Source: Eledone cirrhosa
Lineage: Eukaryota
Length of the DNA stretch: 64,000 nucleotides
Assembly (NCBI GenBank): GCA_964016885.1
Contig: OZ024740.1
Coordinates: 185,814,001 to 185,878,000 of the forward strand
Direction: 5' to 3'
The notes beneath the pieces were generated by a model. The model was not told where the DNA came from. It saw nothing but the letters and a program-made list of their open reading frames with translations, and did no database searches. Of this stretch, positions 41,554-54,956 are shown piece after piece. A program made the translations under genes and the position numbers. How positions within the stretch are numbered: position 1 is the stretch's first letter; each line of letters begins with the position of its first letter.

Positions 41554-41970
41554 TTATATATATATGTGTGTATGTGTGTATGTGTGTATGCATGTATGTG
41601 TGAACGGATGTATATATACGGACATATGTATATATGTGTGTGTGTGTGTGTGTACACGTGTGTGTGTGTGTGTGTATATGTGTGTGTGTATGTATATATA
41701 TATGTATATTTAGTTATGTATCTTTATGTGTGTATATATATGTATATGTATGTATTTATATATATATATATATATATACCCATGTGGAGGTATGAGTACA
41801 TATTCTTGTGTGTACGTATGTGTATATGTGTTTTTATATGTCTTTATATGTTTTTATGTATGTATGTGGATGTATATGTACATGGGTGTGTGATTGATGG
41901 TGTGTGCCTATATATTCCTACATATGCCCGTGTGTGTATGTACGTATATACGCAAATATGTGTGTGTTGA
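41258..41970. repeat. Compound (TA)n/(TG)n microsatellite
   Basis: Directly visible; one of dozens of such tracts in the window. Confidence 0.98.
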
Positions 41971-42614
41971 ACAAAGGACTAATTTTGGGATGGACGTAGA
42001 AAAATTCTTCAGAAAAAAATAATTGTTTACAAGCTTGGCAGGTGCGGTTTGCCTATGACCATTTTCGATACAAATGAATACTAAAATCTTTTTCCCCTGA
42101 ATAAAGGAATTTTTCGAGAATGACGTGGGCAGGCCGCGCTTGCTACATTTCTCCCCACCCAACCCTACTCACTGTCTCAACTCATTACTGCTATTAACAT
42201 TTTTCAACACACCTACACCCCTACACTTATTAAAGAGGGAGAAAAAAAAAACCCCACCGCACCATAAACATGTTAAATCCCTATATATAGAACAACACAC
42301 CACATACACATCAGTTTGAAAATCGCACCTCAGCGTGAAAGGTCTTTCTAATAACGAAACAATACCTCCTACGTTAACCAACAACTCCTAAGACCTAACC
42401 AACAACCAACGACTCAATTTATAAAATTTTTATTTTTTTTATTTTTTATAATCCGGAATAAAATTATTTTGGGATTTTGTGAAGAAAATAAATTTGTTGA
42501 AAGCACAAGTGAAGCCATTTTTGTATTCCCCCCCCCCTGTCTTAATATATCTAACTGTACCAAGGATTACACACATTTTCCAATATATAAATGTATATAC
42601 ATATATATATATAT

Positions 42615-42772
42615 AGGAACCAGTAAGACCCCGACAGCTGAGCTCAAGCCGTTTCGACGGCTAATTCTGGACTAAATGAAAATTTATCCTGGTATTTATC
42701 CACTCTACTACCTAAAGTATTGAGTACTTTGGTGCGTTATGGTCCACCTGGTTCCTTACCACATTTCCTTCG

Positions 42773-42775
<3 letters not shown>
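42615..42775. mobile_element. Rearranged PLE-type terminus with the 3' half of a hammerhead (minus strand)
   Basis: Minus strand GAAACGGCT-TGAGCTC-AGCTGTC forms stem III + GUC. The + strand tail GTATTGAGTAC..GGT.CACCT resembles 54843-54875. (TA)n on both sides. Confidence 0.5.
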
Positions 42776-42822
<47 letters not shown>

Positions 42823-42876
42823 ATATATATCTGTATACATATATATATACGGATATATATATATATAGATATATAT

Positions 42877-42943
<67 letters not shown>

Positions 42944-43020
42944 TATGTATACGTACATACATATATGTATATATATATGTGTAGGAGGTGAGCTTTATTG
43001 TAGTACAATAAAGCAATGCA

Positions 43021-43189
43021 GATGTTGATTGAAAACTGCACTATCCACAAGTGTTTTTTAACCTTCATATCATGTCTTCCTGTTTTATGTGATGAAAACA
43101 CAAATATTATTGCATGATGATATTTGTTTTTGAAATGCGCATAATAAAATACATGGAACTCTTTTAACCATCTTTTGTTCTTATATATT

Positions 43190-43190
<1 letters not shown>
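43021..43190 (+). mobile_element. Inverted pLTR copy of the Naiad-like element
   Basis: Reverse complement of 43588-43752; hammerhead at 43083-43149 with C3>G. Confidence 0.9.
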
Positions 43191-43588
<398 letters not shown>

Positions 43589-43623
43589 ATAAGATCAAAA
43601 GATGGTTAAAGGAGTTCCATGTA

Positions 43624-43690
43624 TTTTATTATGCGCATTTCAAAAACAAACATCATCATTCAATAATATTTGTGTTTTCATCAGATAAAA
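43624..43690 (-). ncRNA. Type I hammerhead ribozyme, intact core
   Basis: TTTTAT-CTGATGA-AAACACAAATATTATT..GATGATGTTTGTTTTT-GAAA-TGCGC-ATA-ATAAAA; palindromic stem/loop III ATGCGCAT. Confidence 0.85.
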
Positions 43691-44729
43691 CAGGAGAACA
43701 TGATATGAAGGCTAAAAAACACTTGTGGATAGTGCAGTTTTAAATCAACATATGAAAAGTGGTTTTAGATTGATGTGTGATATTGGGAAAAATATTTTAT
43801 TTAGAGAGGGGGGGGGGGAAGGATGAAAAGGGGAGGAGATGAGAGGGAGAGATGGGTGATAGAGAGAAAGAGATAGTTTTTTATAACTGAGAGGAGATAT
43901 ATTGTTTTACATAGAGAGGTTGAAAACCGTTGGAAGATAATGTATAAGTTAAAAAAATTTGAAAATTAACGAAGGGAGGATATGAGCGAGGAAAAAATAT
44001 TTTATTTAGGGAGGGGGGGTGGAAAGGATGAAAAAAGGGGGAGGAGATGAGAGTGAAGGTGGAGAGGGAGAGATGGGTGATAGAGAGAAAGAGATACTTT
44101 TTATAACTGAGAAAAAGATATATTGTTTTATATAGAGAGGTTGAGAACCGTTGGAAAATAATGTATAAATTAAAGGAATTTGAAAATTAACGAAGGGAAT
44201 ATATGTATGAACATAGAGAGAAAAAATAATAATTGTGGATGAATATTCTAACGTCAAAAAAAATGTATGTTGATAAGTATTGTGGCAATTTCAATATTAA
44301 CGAAGAGAAAAATTATTAAGGTTTGTGTGTAGAAGGATTTGAGAAAATAATGTGAAGTTAAAGTTTGTATATTGAAGGAATTGATAATATATGCGAATAA
44401 AGAGTTAATATGTATTAAGAATCAGTTCGTTGATGGGGAGAAAAAAATGGGGAGAAAAAAATAATAAATTAAGGATGAAATTGAGATTAAAAAGATTTAT
44501 GATAGAGAGAAAAAAAAATGATTGCGGATGAATATTCTAACGTCAAAAAAACAAATGTATATGTTATGAAGGATTTTACAAGCTGAAGATAGAATGAGGG
44601 TAATGAGTAAACAAGTGTTATAGAGTGTATAATGCCCTTTAAAGTAAGGTAGGAAGGTGGGTATATTTTAAAGAGGTGTATGTATATGTGCCTTTGGGAA
44701 AAGATTCTAAATTGATAAAGAATTGAATA

Positions 44730-46460
44730 TTAACTGTATACTTTGTGAAAAGTCCTATGGAATTTATGCAGGCAGATAGAAAACAAATCTGTGCGTCTAT
44801 TTATTATAGAATCTAGGTTAGAGATAATGGTAATTTTTTCATTTAGGCAGAGATTACAGATTTTAGATAGAGAGCTGTTCAAGTATGAGGATGCAGAAGA
44901 AGCCTTCTTCCAAAAGATGGTATATTTAATGTTTTTGTCTTTTAAGGACCATATGAGTTCTGAGAGAGCGGTGTGTGTTCTTTTAAGTTTGTATTTGAAA
45001 GATGAATGATGATTATAGAGACGAACTTTAAAAGAGGTGGAAGTGGAGCCAAAATAGGTGAAGGAATTGGTGCTAGTTATAATTTTATATTCATAAATTA
45101 AGTTTTTATCGAGACAATGGTTGTTGAGAGGACATTTATTTTTAATGCGGCAGTTGCAATTAGAGAGATTATTAATGAGTGACCTAGTGTTATCTATAGA
45201 AGGAATTGGATTGGAGAAGTTGTTTGCGATAGGAATAATAGGAATAATAGTTTCTTGATTTAGAGTTGGATTATGAACATTTAGCGAAGTTGTGTTTGAC
45301 GTTGTATTTGGGTTTACAGAAGTTAGCCTAGGGTTTACAATGACGTCGGGAGTACTATTACTGTTATTATGAAATTCAATATTGGAAGGAAGAGATTTAG
45401 TATTTAGTATTTTATTGTTGTGTTTAGAGATGATGTTGGAAATATTGGAGGATGTAGAATACGAAAATTTGATGGTGTGTTTGTTAAATATTTTACTATA
45501 GATATGTGAGGGAGGGAAGCATTTATTTAAGGCACTAAAAAATAATTTAGGAATATTGTTATTAATAGAGATGGAGAAAGGAGCATTATACCAGATTATG
45601 TTTTTGTATCTAGGTCTTTTATTCTACTGTAAGTTTTTCTAGAATTTGTTTCTTTACTATATTTGATTTTATCTGGATAGCCGGCTTTGGAAAGTGCGTT
45701 ATTATAGTAATTGGCGTTAGCATCAAAGATGTTTTTATTAGAAGATATGTTAGATATTCTTTTTCCAATATTACTAACTATAGCATTCTTGATATTGGTA
45801 GGATGTTTAGATTTAAAGTTAACATAATTTAGGTTCTCATTGTTTTTATGGTAAGGGTAATATAGGCCAGTGTCAAGGTTAAGAGATACATCCAAGAAAT
45901 TAGCTAGTTTGATACTATTATCAAATTCAATTTTTAGGTTATGTTGGTTAAAGAGATTACGTATATTGTTCTTAATATTATTAAGGTTAACTATATTGCA
46001 ATTTAGGATAGTAAAGAGTCCATCGTCACGATAAATTCCACCGCGAAGTTGAGGAATTTTCCGACTCAAAGAGTTCAAAATGAAGATACCAATTAAATCA
46101 GTCAATTGGGATGAATCGGATGCTCCCATTGTGATGTCGAAGTTGTTAGAGGTATCGGCTCTGGTCCAATATTCGTTGTTGAACTCTAGGATGGTTTTAC
46201 GTGCGGTGAGGATGATGTGAAGTTCATCTGTGGTGATGTCAGAATATTTAAGTGCGAAAGATAGAGCATTATTGAGAAGTGAAGGCGAAATGGAGGAATA
46301 GTAGCTGGCAATATCAAATTGAATAAATTTTAGTTTGTTTTTATTATCCAATTTGTTGAACCAGCCAATCACTTCAGAAGTACCAAACCATAAATTTAGG
46401 TTCAAAGAAGAGCAATTAGAACTAACCTGTGGGATAATTCTATCCAAGATGGCTTTACTA
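44730..46460 (-). pseudogene. PLE RT-GIY-YIG coding region with a single frameshift near 45630
   Basis: QFDIASYYSSI, ITMGASDS, GIYRDDGL, NFLDVSLNL. In the next frame: NIIWYNAPFS..CNCRIKNKCPLNNHCLDKNLIY..YFGST..FKVRLYNH..TALSELIWSLK..CNLCLNEK..NRRTD..CLHK, ending at TAA 44732-44730. Confidence 0.92.
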
Positions 46461-46462
46461 AC

Positions 46463-46504
<42 letters not shown>

Positions 46505-46902
46505 TTATACATGTATATATATATATGAATCTCACTGTCACCATACAGAGAAATGGAAATGACACGTTGCTTTACTTATGCATTTTATCCTTGGTACAGC
46601 TATTACTTTTCAAGATTGAACATACCTGAAATTCTTCAAGGAAACGAGAGTGAGAACGAAGGAATGAATTAAAGAGAAGGTGTATGATAGACCCCTAGTT
46701 TTTTTTATTAAACACAAAATGGGCTTCGGTGCGATGTGAACGCCGATTTCTGTGAGCTGAATGTCTGTGTGTATGTGTGTATGAACGTGTGATTAACTTT
46801 CTCTTCGTCGATCACTTTTTGTCTTGTACGTAAATGTATACATGCCTATAGACACATAAGCCATATTTCCATACTTACACAATAAGTGAATGCACACACA
46901 CT

Positions 46903-46973
<71 letters not shown>

Positions 46974-49166
46974 TTGTGTGGGTGGGTGTGTGTGTATGTA
47001 TGTGTGTGTCTATGTGTGCCTATGTACGTCAGTGTATATATCTGTATGTGTGTATGTGTAAATATAATCATGCTTCATTTGTCCATTTATATTGGACATA
47101 TTCTTCATTTCATTTTGATCCATTCAATAAAGCGAGTTTTCTACCAATTCCGAAGGATTTGCTTTACTAGAAATTCCTATTCTACATGCTTTATTGATTT
47201 CTGGCGGTTACATTTTCTTTCTCTATTCTAACTCATTTATTAAGAAACCGATTAAAGAGGGAAATCGAAATTTCTTATTGATTTCATTGTTAGTCTCGGC
47301 AATGTTTAGTTCACGAGATATTATTATTAGACGAGTTAGTTGGCGTGAATACTTATTTTCTATTATATAATTCTGTAACTTTGTATGCCATTTTCTGCTT
47401 CATTATACGCTTTCATCACATCATATTCAACATAATCGTATGCCTCCTGAGGTAATGTTCTATTAAAACGTAACGAAGTTGCTATTCTTATATACGCTTA
47501 TTAGTAGTTTGGTAGAAAATTACATACACCAGAATCAAAGGCAATACTAACAATTTTAATATTACCAAACAACATTCAGCTTCAATAATATAAATGATTT
47601 TATTTCCATTTATGTTTGTTAGACACCAAACAACCAATGGTATTAACAAACTGCAACAGTTTTGAAGTTTTCCTTTTTTCTTTTTTCTGAAAGCAATATT
47701 CATAATGTTGTAATAACTTCAAACTCAACATTGATGAAATAGGATGAAGACAGGAACTAAAATGCGTTAATGATTCTGAGACGAAGACGAAAGCAAAGCG
47801 AAATGGGAAAAAATATTGATGAACGTTTCATATATAAATCTTCTGGTAAAACGTTGCAAAAGACAATAACTCTTTGATTCGTGTTTTATTGATCAAATCT
47901 GTTTAAAGCTAATCGACACGGTAAGAATTGTATCGATGATAGTTTCATCAATCTAATATTTTGATTTACTTTAAGCCAGCTGCATGACTTTTAAAGTTTA
48001 TAATGAAGATTATCACGCACATCAGATTTTTCAGAATTGTCTCTAGTTAATGGGAAAACGTCGGGTGATAGACGGTGCTTACTGAAACAAAGATTTGCAA
48101 ATTTGCTAATTAGTTTAATGATGGATGCATTTGTTTTAGAATAACGACCATGAAGTATCTCATTTACTTGGTGCATACTCTGGTGTATAGAATGTTTATA
48201 TTGCTTGTAGTGAATAGTTGTGAGTTATCTGCAAGAATATTCAAATTATTACTGATTTGACTACGGCATTCATTCATCCTGGGAAATGTTAATACAAAGC
48301 TGATATAAATCCATTCGATCCTATTTTATGACACTGTAAAGATAATCATATTCGGTTTATTTCATTTGAATAGATTTCTCATCATTGAGTCTCCATTTTC
48401 TTTGTGAATGATACGAATATCACAGTCAGTATATTCTTCTGCGATATATATTTTACGATTAATATTCATTGATAAAGTGATAGTCAAACAAGAATATTAA
48501 GAAATACGTATGTCTAAAATAAATTAGCTCATACCAAGTATGGTGAAGGGTAACTATAAAATAAATAATGTATGATAAGTTAGGAAATGTTAGGTGTAAA
48601 TTATACGAGTCAATAACGCATTGTGCTTCGAAATATTTAAAAGTTGCACTAATGCTTAAATTAGGTCTCTGCCTTGTAAATCATATTTTGAAAAACTAGC
48701 TCATAAAATTAAATCAATAATTTGAAAATTTATTAAAAAGAAACTCAAGCCTTGAAGACGTTCTTGATAACGTATTAAATATTTTTTTTATTATTATTTT
48801 AACGGATATGTGAACTTAATTTTATCATTTTTTTCAAAACCTACCAACTGCTTGAGGTGGTATTTCATTTACGGTTTACAATTGCACATTGTGCGACACT
48901 TCGGCGGAAGCAATCGAATAAATTGAATTACAAATATCGATTGAGTAAAAGAGTATGACAATGTAAAGGATGCATGATATATATATGTGTGGACATTTAC
49001 TTTTTCATTGGTTGGGTGCGTTCAAATCATAGATTTAGGTTATATCACCTCTCAAAGAAACAGACATAGTTATGACCTGAATTATTAACAGATAAAAGCG
49101 CATTAATTAATATCGAGTATGGCTTGTTAATTTGTTTGTGGAACCAACTGTGTTTGTGTATGTTTA

Positions 49167-49252
<86 letters not shown>

Positions 49253-49379
49253 ATGTATAAATGTATGTATATATATATATACATATATATGTATATATAT
49301 ATGTATGTATATATATATATATATATAAATATATATATATATGTGTGTGTGTGTGTGTCTCTGTGTGTGTGTAAACATG

Positions 49380-49581
49380 TGCTCTACGGTTCTTATATAT
49401 ATGATATATATATTTATCCTTATCGAGCCCTCTTTGGATTTTAGTCTTAAAATGTATTATTATTACTATATATATATATATATATATATATAGTAATAAT
49501 AATAAATTTGAAGACTAAAATTCAAAGAGCGCTCGATAAGGATAAATATATATATATCAGATATATAAGAACCGTAGAGCA
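49380..49581. repeat. ~88-bp inverted repeat centred on (TA)n
   Basis: GCTCTACGGTTCTTATATAT..ATTATTAC / (TA)n / GTAATAAT..ATATATAAGAACCGTAGAGC. Confidence 0.93.
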
Positions 49582-49677
49582 AATATTTATTAAAACAACA
49601 GATTAAAGTTTAAGCAAAAAATAGCTGCTTTCACCATTATATATATATAAATGTACACACATATATTTATATTTTTA

Positions 49678-49709
<32 letters not shown>

Positions 49710-49789
49710 AGTTGTGTTGGTGGCTGGGGGTATTTAGTGCGTGCGTTGCATAGTGCACCATCATCCTTGATACAATATATATACCCGTC

Positions 49790-49930
49790 CATCTTAGATT
49801 GGGCATTGTTGCCTGAGGCAATTTGATCCTTTCTACTTCATTTCTGAGTATTGGCCTGCCCTGGGCTTCTCTGAGATTTTACCTATCAGATTGGTGAGAT
49901 GCTTCTTGAAAACATCTACCAATTTCTGAT
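49790..49930 (-). mobile_element. CR1-group LINE 3'-end remnant
   Basis: VDVFKKHLTNLIGKISEKP..Y..SNCLRQQ resembles the VxxFKxxLDxxLxxIPDxP..SNSL terminus of invertebrate CR1-group ORF2. Confidence 0.5.
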
Positions 49931-50922
49931 TGACAATATCTAAGTAAAAAATAAGAGTATGTTTATAAACTCTACGGCTGCTACTATCACTCCGATAATC
50001 TACTGCACTTTCATTCATAATGCTTGGTTTTATAAATGAATATTCTAAAGATCCCCTATCTAATGTTTCACGAAGTATGACGAAAAGCAGCGACATATGA
50101 AATAAATAAATACTTCTAAAACTCCTCAAAACTATTTCATCATACTCGAATTCCACGTAAAAAGAAATACATTATTCCATTATATTCCTAAAATAGCGAA
50201 GCTTAACTGATACAGATATAAATTCAGTTCATAGAAAATCGTATTCTCCTTCAATTCCACAAATCGATGTAAGATTTGTTAAAACTACAATATTGTTGTG
50301 AAATATAATTTTTCTATATAAACATCAATTATGTTATGAATGTTTTGAAATACTTGTTCATGTCCTTGAAATAGTTTGCTACAACAGAAACAGTGATTCA
50401 TAGTTAGATAATCTATCTCTGAATAACGCCAGATTTTGTAATATTGATTTTCATAATCAATATTTACACACTCATGTGCAATATCACACGTGTACAATTT
50501 CATTCCGTATAGACGCAGTACGTACTCACGCACGTACACATTCATAGATAACGAGTAAGAAGTAATCAGTAGTAATTCAACTGTCAAATATAACCGTTAT
50601 CATATAGAACGCTATTTGTCCCGAGTGGTATTGTTAATACTTATTTTGGTTTTAACCCGTATGATTCATCAATATGTTAATGCTACAACTTTCCTTGATT
50701 TAGTAAAAAAATTGATACAGGCAGGGTCATGGAGTCAAACAAACCTATCTATAAACGTTGTGTGTGAAAAAGTAAAAGTACATTATCGCATGAGAAATAT
50801 TCTCCCACTTAAAAGCATGTATACCCGTAGTTCAGTTGACTTGGTAGATACGTTTTACAAACATAAGGTGTAAAGTTATAATTTCGTTAAATAGATGTGA
50901 TAACATTTTTGTTTTATTCTTT

Positions 50923-52073
50923 ACTAGCATTAAAGCCCAGCGTTGCTCGGGGTCATTAAGTTACCAAAGTTAGGTTATACCACCCATTTTATGGCAGCAC
51001 TTTTTTGTCTGCCAGGCACTGGGTAAATGAATTGCAGACCTGGAAGCTGGAGCTGCGCAAGCAGTGACAATTGTAGTTTCGCCTATGGATATTATCTCTG
51101 TGCAAAAAAGTGTTGAAATTTATTGTTTCACAGTACTTGCGCAACACGCGCGTAGACGATGCCAGCCGAACAACAGAGCTGCGATGGAGTTGTTCCGCAT
51201 GGTTGTCTGTGTGTTTTCTAAATTCAAGACAGTAGGGAGGGTTGTGATATGAGGGAGAGTTAGCTGTTGTTTCTAGCAGGTTTAATGACCTCATAGTGGA
51301 TATGTGTTTTCTAAATTTAAGACAGTAGGGAGTGGTGTGATATGGGGGAGAGTTAGCTGCTGTTTCTAGCAGGTTTAGTAACCTCATAGAGGATATGTTT
51401 TCTAAATTTAAGAGAGTAGGGAGTAGTGTGGTATGGGGGAGAGTTAGCTGCTGTTTCTAGCAGGTTTAGTGACCTCATAGAAGATATGTTTTCTAAATTT
51501 AAGACATTAGGGAGGGGTGTGGTATGGAGGAGAGTTAGCTGCTGTTTCTAGCAGGTTTAGTGACCTCATAGAGGATATTATTGTTTATCATTATCTATAA
51601 AAGGCAGATTGTTGTTGTTGTTGTTGAAGTGAGTGTGTGTTTGTATGCGTTTGGAAAAGAGGTTTTAAAAAAGATTTATCGCTTGTTGTTGAATAAATGT
51701 ATCTGTATAAAAGAGAAAGTAGCAAAATGTGTGGGTTGTAGTTAGAGGTAGCAGATAATATGAGAGAGTAAAACGGACAGTATCCTCATCAAGCTTGGAA
51801 AGAGAAAGTAGCAGAAAGTATGAAGTTGTATAGATTTTGAATGGTAGTGGAAAGAGTTTAGCAGTTTAAATGACAGAGAAAAATCGTAAAATATTGAGTT
51901 TTATCTATTTTTTGCGTAATTGTGGGTGAAATTGAAAAAATTATCTGTGCCAAGACGCAATCGAAGCTATTTCGAATACTGAATTGTAAATTTTAATTGA
52001 AGAAATTCTATATCGTAGATTACTATAAGAAAGGAGCATGACCATACACTGAGCTTTATAGATTATGATAGAT
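50923..52073 (+). mobile_element. Helentron-associated non-autonomous element (HINE/DINE-1-like)
   Basis: 5' ACTAG followed by a GC hairpin (GCCCAGCGTTGCTCGGGG), an internal tandem array, and a 3' end GAGCTTTATAGA..ATAGAT; no TSD seen. Confidence 0.62.
51208..51577 (+). repeat. Minisatellite, 4 units of 91-93 bp
   Basis: TTTTCTAAATT at 51214, 51307, 51398 and 51489; each unit carries GAGAGTTAGCTG.TGTTTCTAGCAGGTTTA.T.ACCTCATAG. Confidence 0.95.
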
Positions 52074-52079
52074 AAATAA

Positions 52080-52292
52080 CAGTTTCTGAATTAGGCACAA
52101 GGCCAACAATTTTTGGGGAGTAGAAATTCGATTAAATCGACCGTAATACATTACTGACACTTCATTTTATCGACCCGGTATGATGACAGGCAAAGCTAAC
52201 TTCGGCGTGATTTGAACTCAGAGCGTAAAGGTCCGTAACTATATGCAGAAAAGCGTATGATCCAACGCTCTACGATACTGTCAATCCACTGT
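52080..52292 (-). mobile_element. Diverged SINE (Meta-like core)
   Basis: TTAGGCACAAGGCCA..TTTTATCGACCC..GATTTGAACTCAGAGCGTAAAG. Confidence 0.85.
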
Positions 52293-53469
52293 TCTCTATA
52301 GATAATAAAGTAATGACATTACTATATTATAAGGCGTGTTTGTGGCATTTATCTTTTAAAACCCGAAAGTAATTAATGAATAGAAGTTTTACGAAAAGTC
52401 TATACTAAATGACTACGTGGAAGGTTTAATTGATCAGTTCATAATCTCTATGGAGTCTTGTTTGACGGCAGTGTTCATGTTATTTTGTACAAAATACTAG
52501 AAATGAATGATTTCAAATAGATGCAAATCTGCTTTGTGATTGTCGCCTGGTTAGAGCAAGTAACAGCGTTCTTTGAAGGAAATACTATATAAAATATAAT
52601 CAAATAAGAAAAGAAATATAAAATAAAATTGAATATTAGCTTCGAAAGCATGTGACTAGATGCTGGATGAAATCATTCATGATTCAGTGAACTGGATAAT
52701 AAGTATCGAACTGAAATGTATTTATCACCAGTTTAGTTTGAGTGGCAATTTGATGGTTTTATTGTTCAAAACGACAGCTAGACTGGCGACAGGGAAATGC
52801 CACTTTGCCTCCCTAATGACAAACTGTAATAATCACTGTTTAGGGCCTCTTTCTTTATTTTTACTCTTTTATTTTTCGTTAAAAATCGTTAAATTCAACA
52901 TTAAATTTATATAATAATCTGTGTATCTGTTTGGGGATTTTTCCCGTGTTTACTTTGATCGTCAAATTTATCATCGTATCATTTAAGTCTGACAAAACTA
53001 TAGCAAAATCATCTTCAATGCGGCGACAGGATAATATAATTTAGTTTCATAAGGGAGAATGCATGTATTGCATATATATATAATCTATCTGATAATCAGT
53101 TTAGATAAAACTATATAAAACTGTAATTCAGCGAAGTTTTCAAAATTATTTTAAATAAACTTAAAAGTAAGCGTTCAACAAAACAGAATTTCAGTCATAC
53201 ACCGCAACGTTGTATAATATTAATCCGTTTTCGTCTACTGTTTAGTCAGCTGAATCAAAATATATTTAGTTATACGAAGATTTATTGCGTTATATTCTCT
53301 GTCTATATTTATGCATACTTTATATATTCCAACATTTCATATTTTGTCAAAAGAACAAATTTGGATTATGATATAGCATATTTTACATGTAAAAAAATAG
53401 CATCAATATCTCTTTCCAGTCTTTGGATTGCAGGTACGCTGGGTTGACTCCTTCGTGGGATTTAATCGA

Positions 53470-53850
53470 ATATATAGGAATACGTGTGCTTACGTTGAAA
53501 TAAGAAACTAGTTATTTGTAGGGTCGAGGGTGTCAACAAAAAAGTAATTTGTAGTGAAGCTGTTTATTATATTAAATAAATGATGAATTTAACTTATTTT
53601 CCTTAACCACCACGTCACACGCAACATATGATGTTATATCTATAGCATGTAGATATCTGTGGATGTATATATATATATATATCTATCTATATATATATGT
53701 TGCGTGTGACGTGGTGGTTAACTAAAATATGTTAAATTCATCATTTATTTAATATAATAAACAGCTTCACTATAAATTACTTTTCTATTGACACCCTCGA
53801 CACTACAAATATCTGGTTTCCTATTTCAATGTAAGCACACCAATTGCTAT
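53470..53850. repeat. ~165-bp inverted repeat around a short TA-rich spacer
   Basis: GTGTGCTTAC..TTAACCACCACGTCACACGCAACATAT versus ATATGTTGCGTGTGACGTGGTGGTTAA..GTAAGCACAC. Confidence 0.93.
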
Positions 53851-53867
53851 ATATATATATATATATA

Positions 53868-54283
53868 TAGTGACGAACCATAGGTCAATTGTATGAACTC
53901 ATATTCCTTTATTTACCGCTATATATATTTTGATGATAGCCATTGTTTGGCTATGACCTCATCAGGCAGTGAGTAAGTTCTTAGATATACCAGCTCTGGT
54001 ATTGTGGTGTTGATGGTTTTAGAGCCTTTGGACATATGTCCCAAGGCTCTAAAACCATCAACACCAAAAACACAGAGCTGGCATATCTAAGAAATTACTG
54101 ACTGCCTGATGAGGTCTTAGCCATACAATGGCTGTAATCGAAATATATATAGCGGCAAATAAAGGATTACGAGTTCATACAATTGACTTATGTTTCCTCA
54201 CTATTATAACTCCTGAATTTATATTTTCGTTGAGTGCTCTCTATCCGGATACTGAAATATTGGATTTTACCAACACTTTTTTG

Positions 54284-54285
<2 letters not shown>
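53868..54285. mobile_element. Spacerless palindromic element (centre 54035/54036) with two outward-facing hammerheads
   Basis: Arms 53868-54035 / 54036-54203 centred on GACAT|ATGTC; the right arm has an ~80-nt extra tail; (TA)n on both sides. Confidence 0.9.
54101..54156 (+). ncRNA. Type I hammerhead ribozyme, intact core
   Basis: ACTGC-CTGATGA-GGTCTTAGCCAT-ACA-ATGGCTGTAATC-GAAA-TATAT-ATA-GCGGC; the mirror copy at 53915-53970 has G12>A. Confidence 0.82.
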
Positions 54286-54341
<56 letters not shown>

Positions 54342-54344
<3 letters not shown>

Positions 54345-54702
54345 GATAGCAAGTTATTGTTATAGGTAATCCAGTTAGAGTACTCCGCGTCGTGGATAAT
54401 TTTAACGTACGGCTGTGTTTGACTCAACGAGATGCTTCCATAGTTATGCAGCGAGTTCGCGGTGATTTCTATGCAGATTATACTTGAAGTAATAATAGTT
54501 AAAGAATGAAGAGTAACATGGTTGGTTGTACAATAAGGGTTCTATTCAAAGTACAGATAATTATTTCGTTGATCAGAGGAGTCTAGAGTTCGCTAATGGC
54601 CTGGGGTTGTGTCAATCGATCTCCAATACATTGTTTACAACTGGTCAACGCATCAGAGCACGTAGATATGTGCCAATCCATGTTACTCTTCTTTCTTTAA
54701 CT
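54342..54702 (-). mobile_element. Third copy of the 5245-6378 pLTR family, with hammerhead at ~54551-54661
   Basis: ORF-track peptide MSQTQPYVK..HDAEYS is shared with 6285; core CTGATGC...GAAAT-AATT-ATC. Confidence 0.88.
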
Positions 54703-54719
54703 ATATATATATATATATA

Positions 54720-54893
54720 TAGATGAGATTCTACAGGACTAGAACTGTTTCATTCTTTAGAGATTCCTGATGATTTCTAAAGAATGAAACAGTTCTAGTC
54801 CTGTAGAATCTCATCTATATTAAAACTGTTATACTCTGCAATGTATTGAGTACCTTACTTACTGTGGTTACCTCCGATTCAACCCGGAATAAC

Positions 54894-54894
<1 letters not shown>
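54720..54894. mobile_element. Mini fold-back element with hammerhead core (54767-54800)
   Basis: 54720-54762 is the reverse complement of 54775-54817; CTGATGA-TTTCTAAAGAAT-GAAAC-AGTTCTA-GTC; (TA)n on both sides. Confidence 0.75.

Positions 54895-54956
<62 letters not shown>

Noticed and set aside
49930-50873. ORFs of 85-107 aa as a host gene
   Set aside because: No recognisable domain or splice structure; only the distal end resembles a CR1-group LINE tail.
51208-51577. Regularly spaced repeats as a CRISPR array
   Set aside because: Whole units repeat with no unique spacers, there are no cas genes, and the context is eukaryotic.
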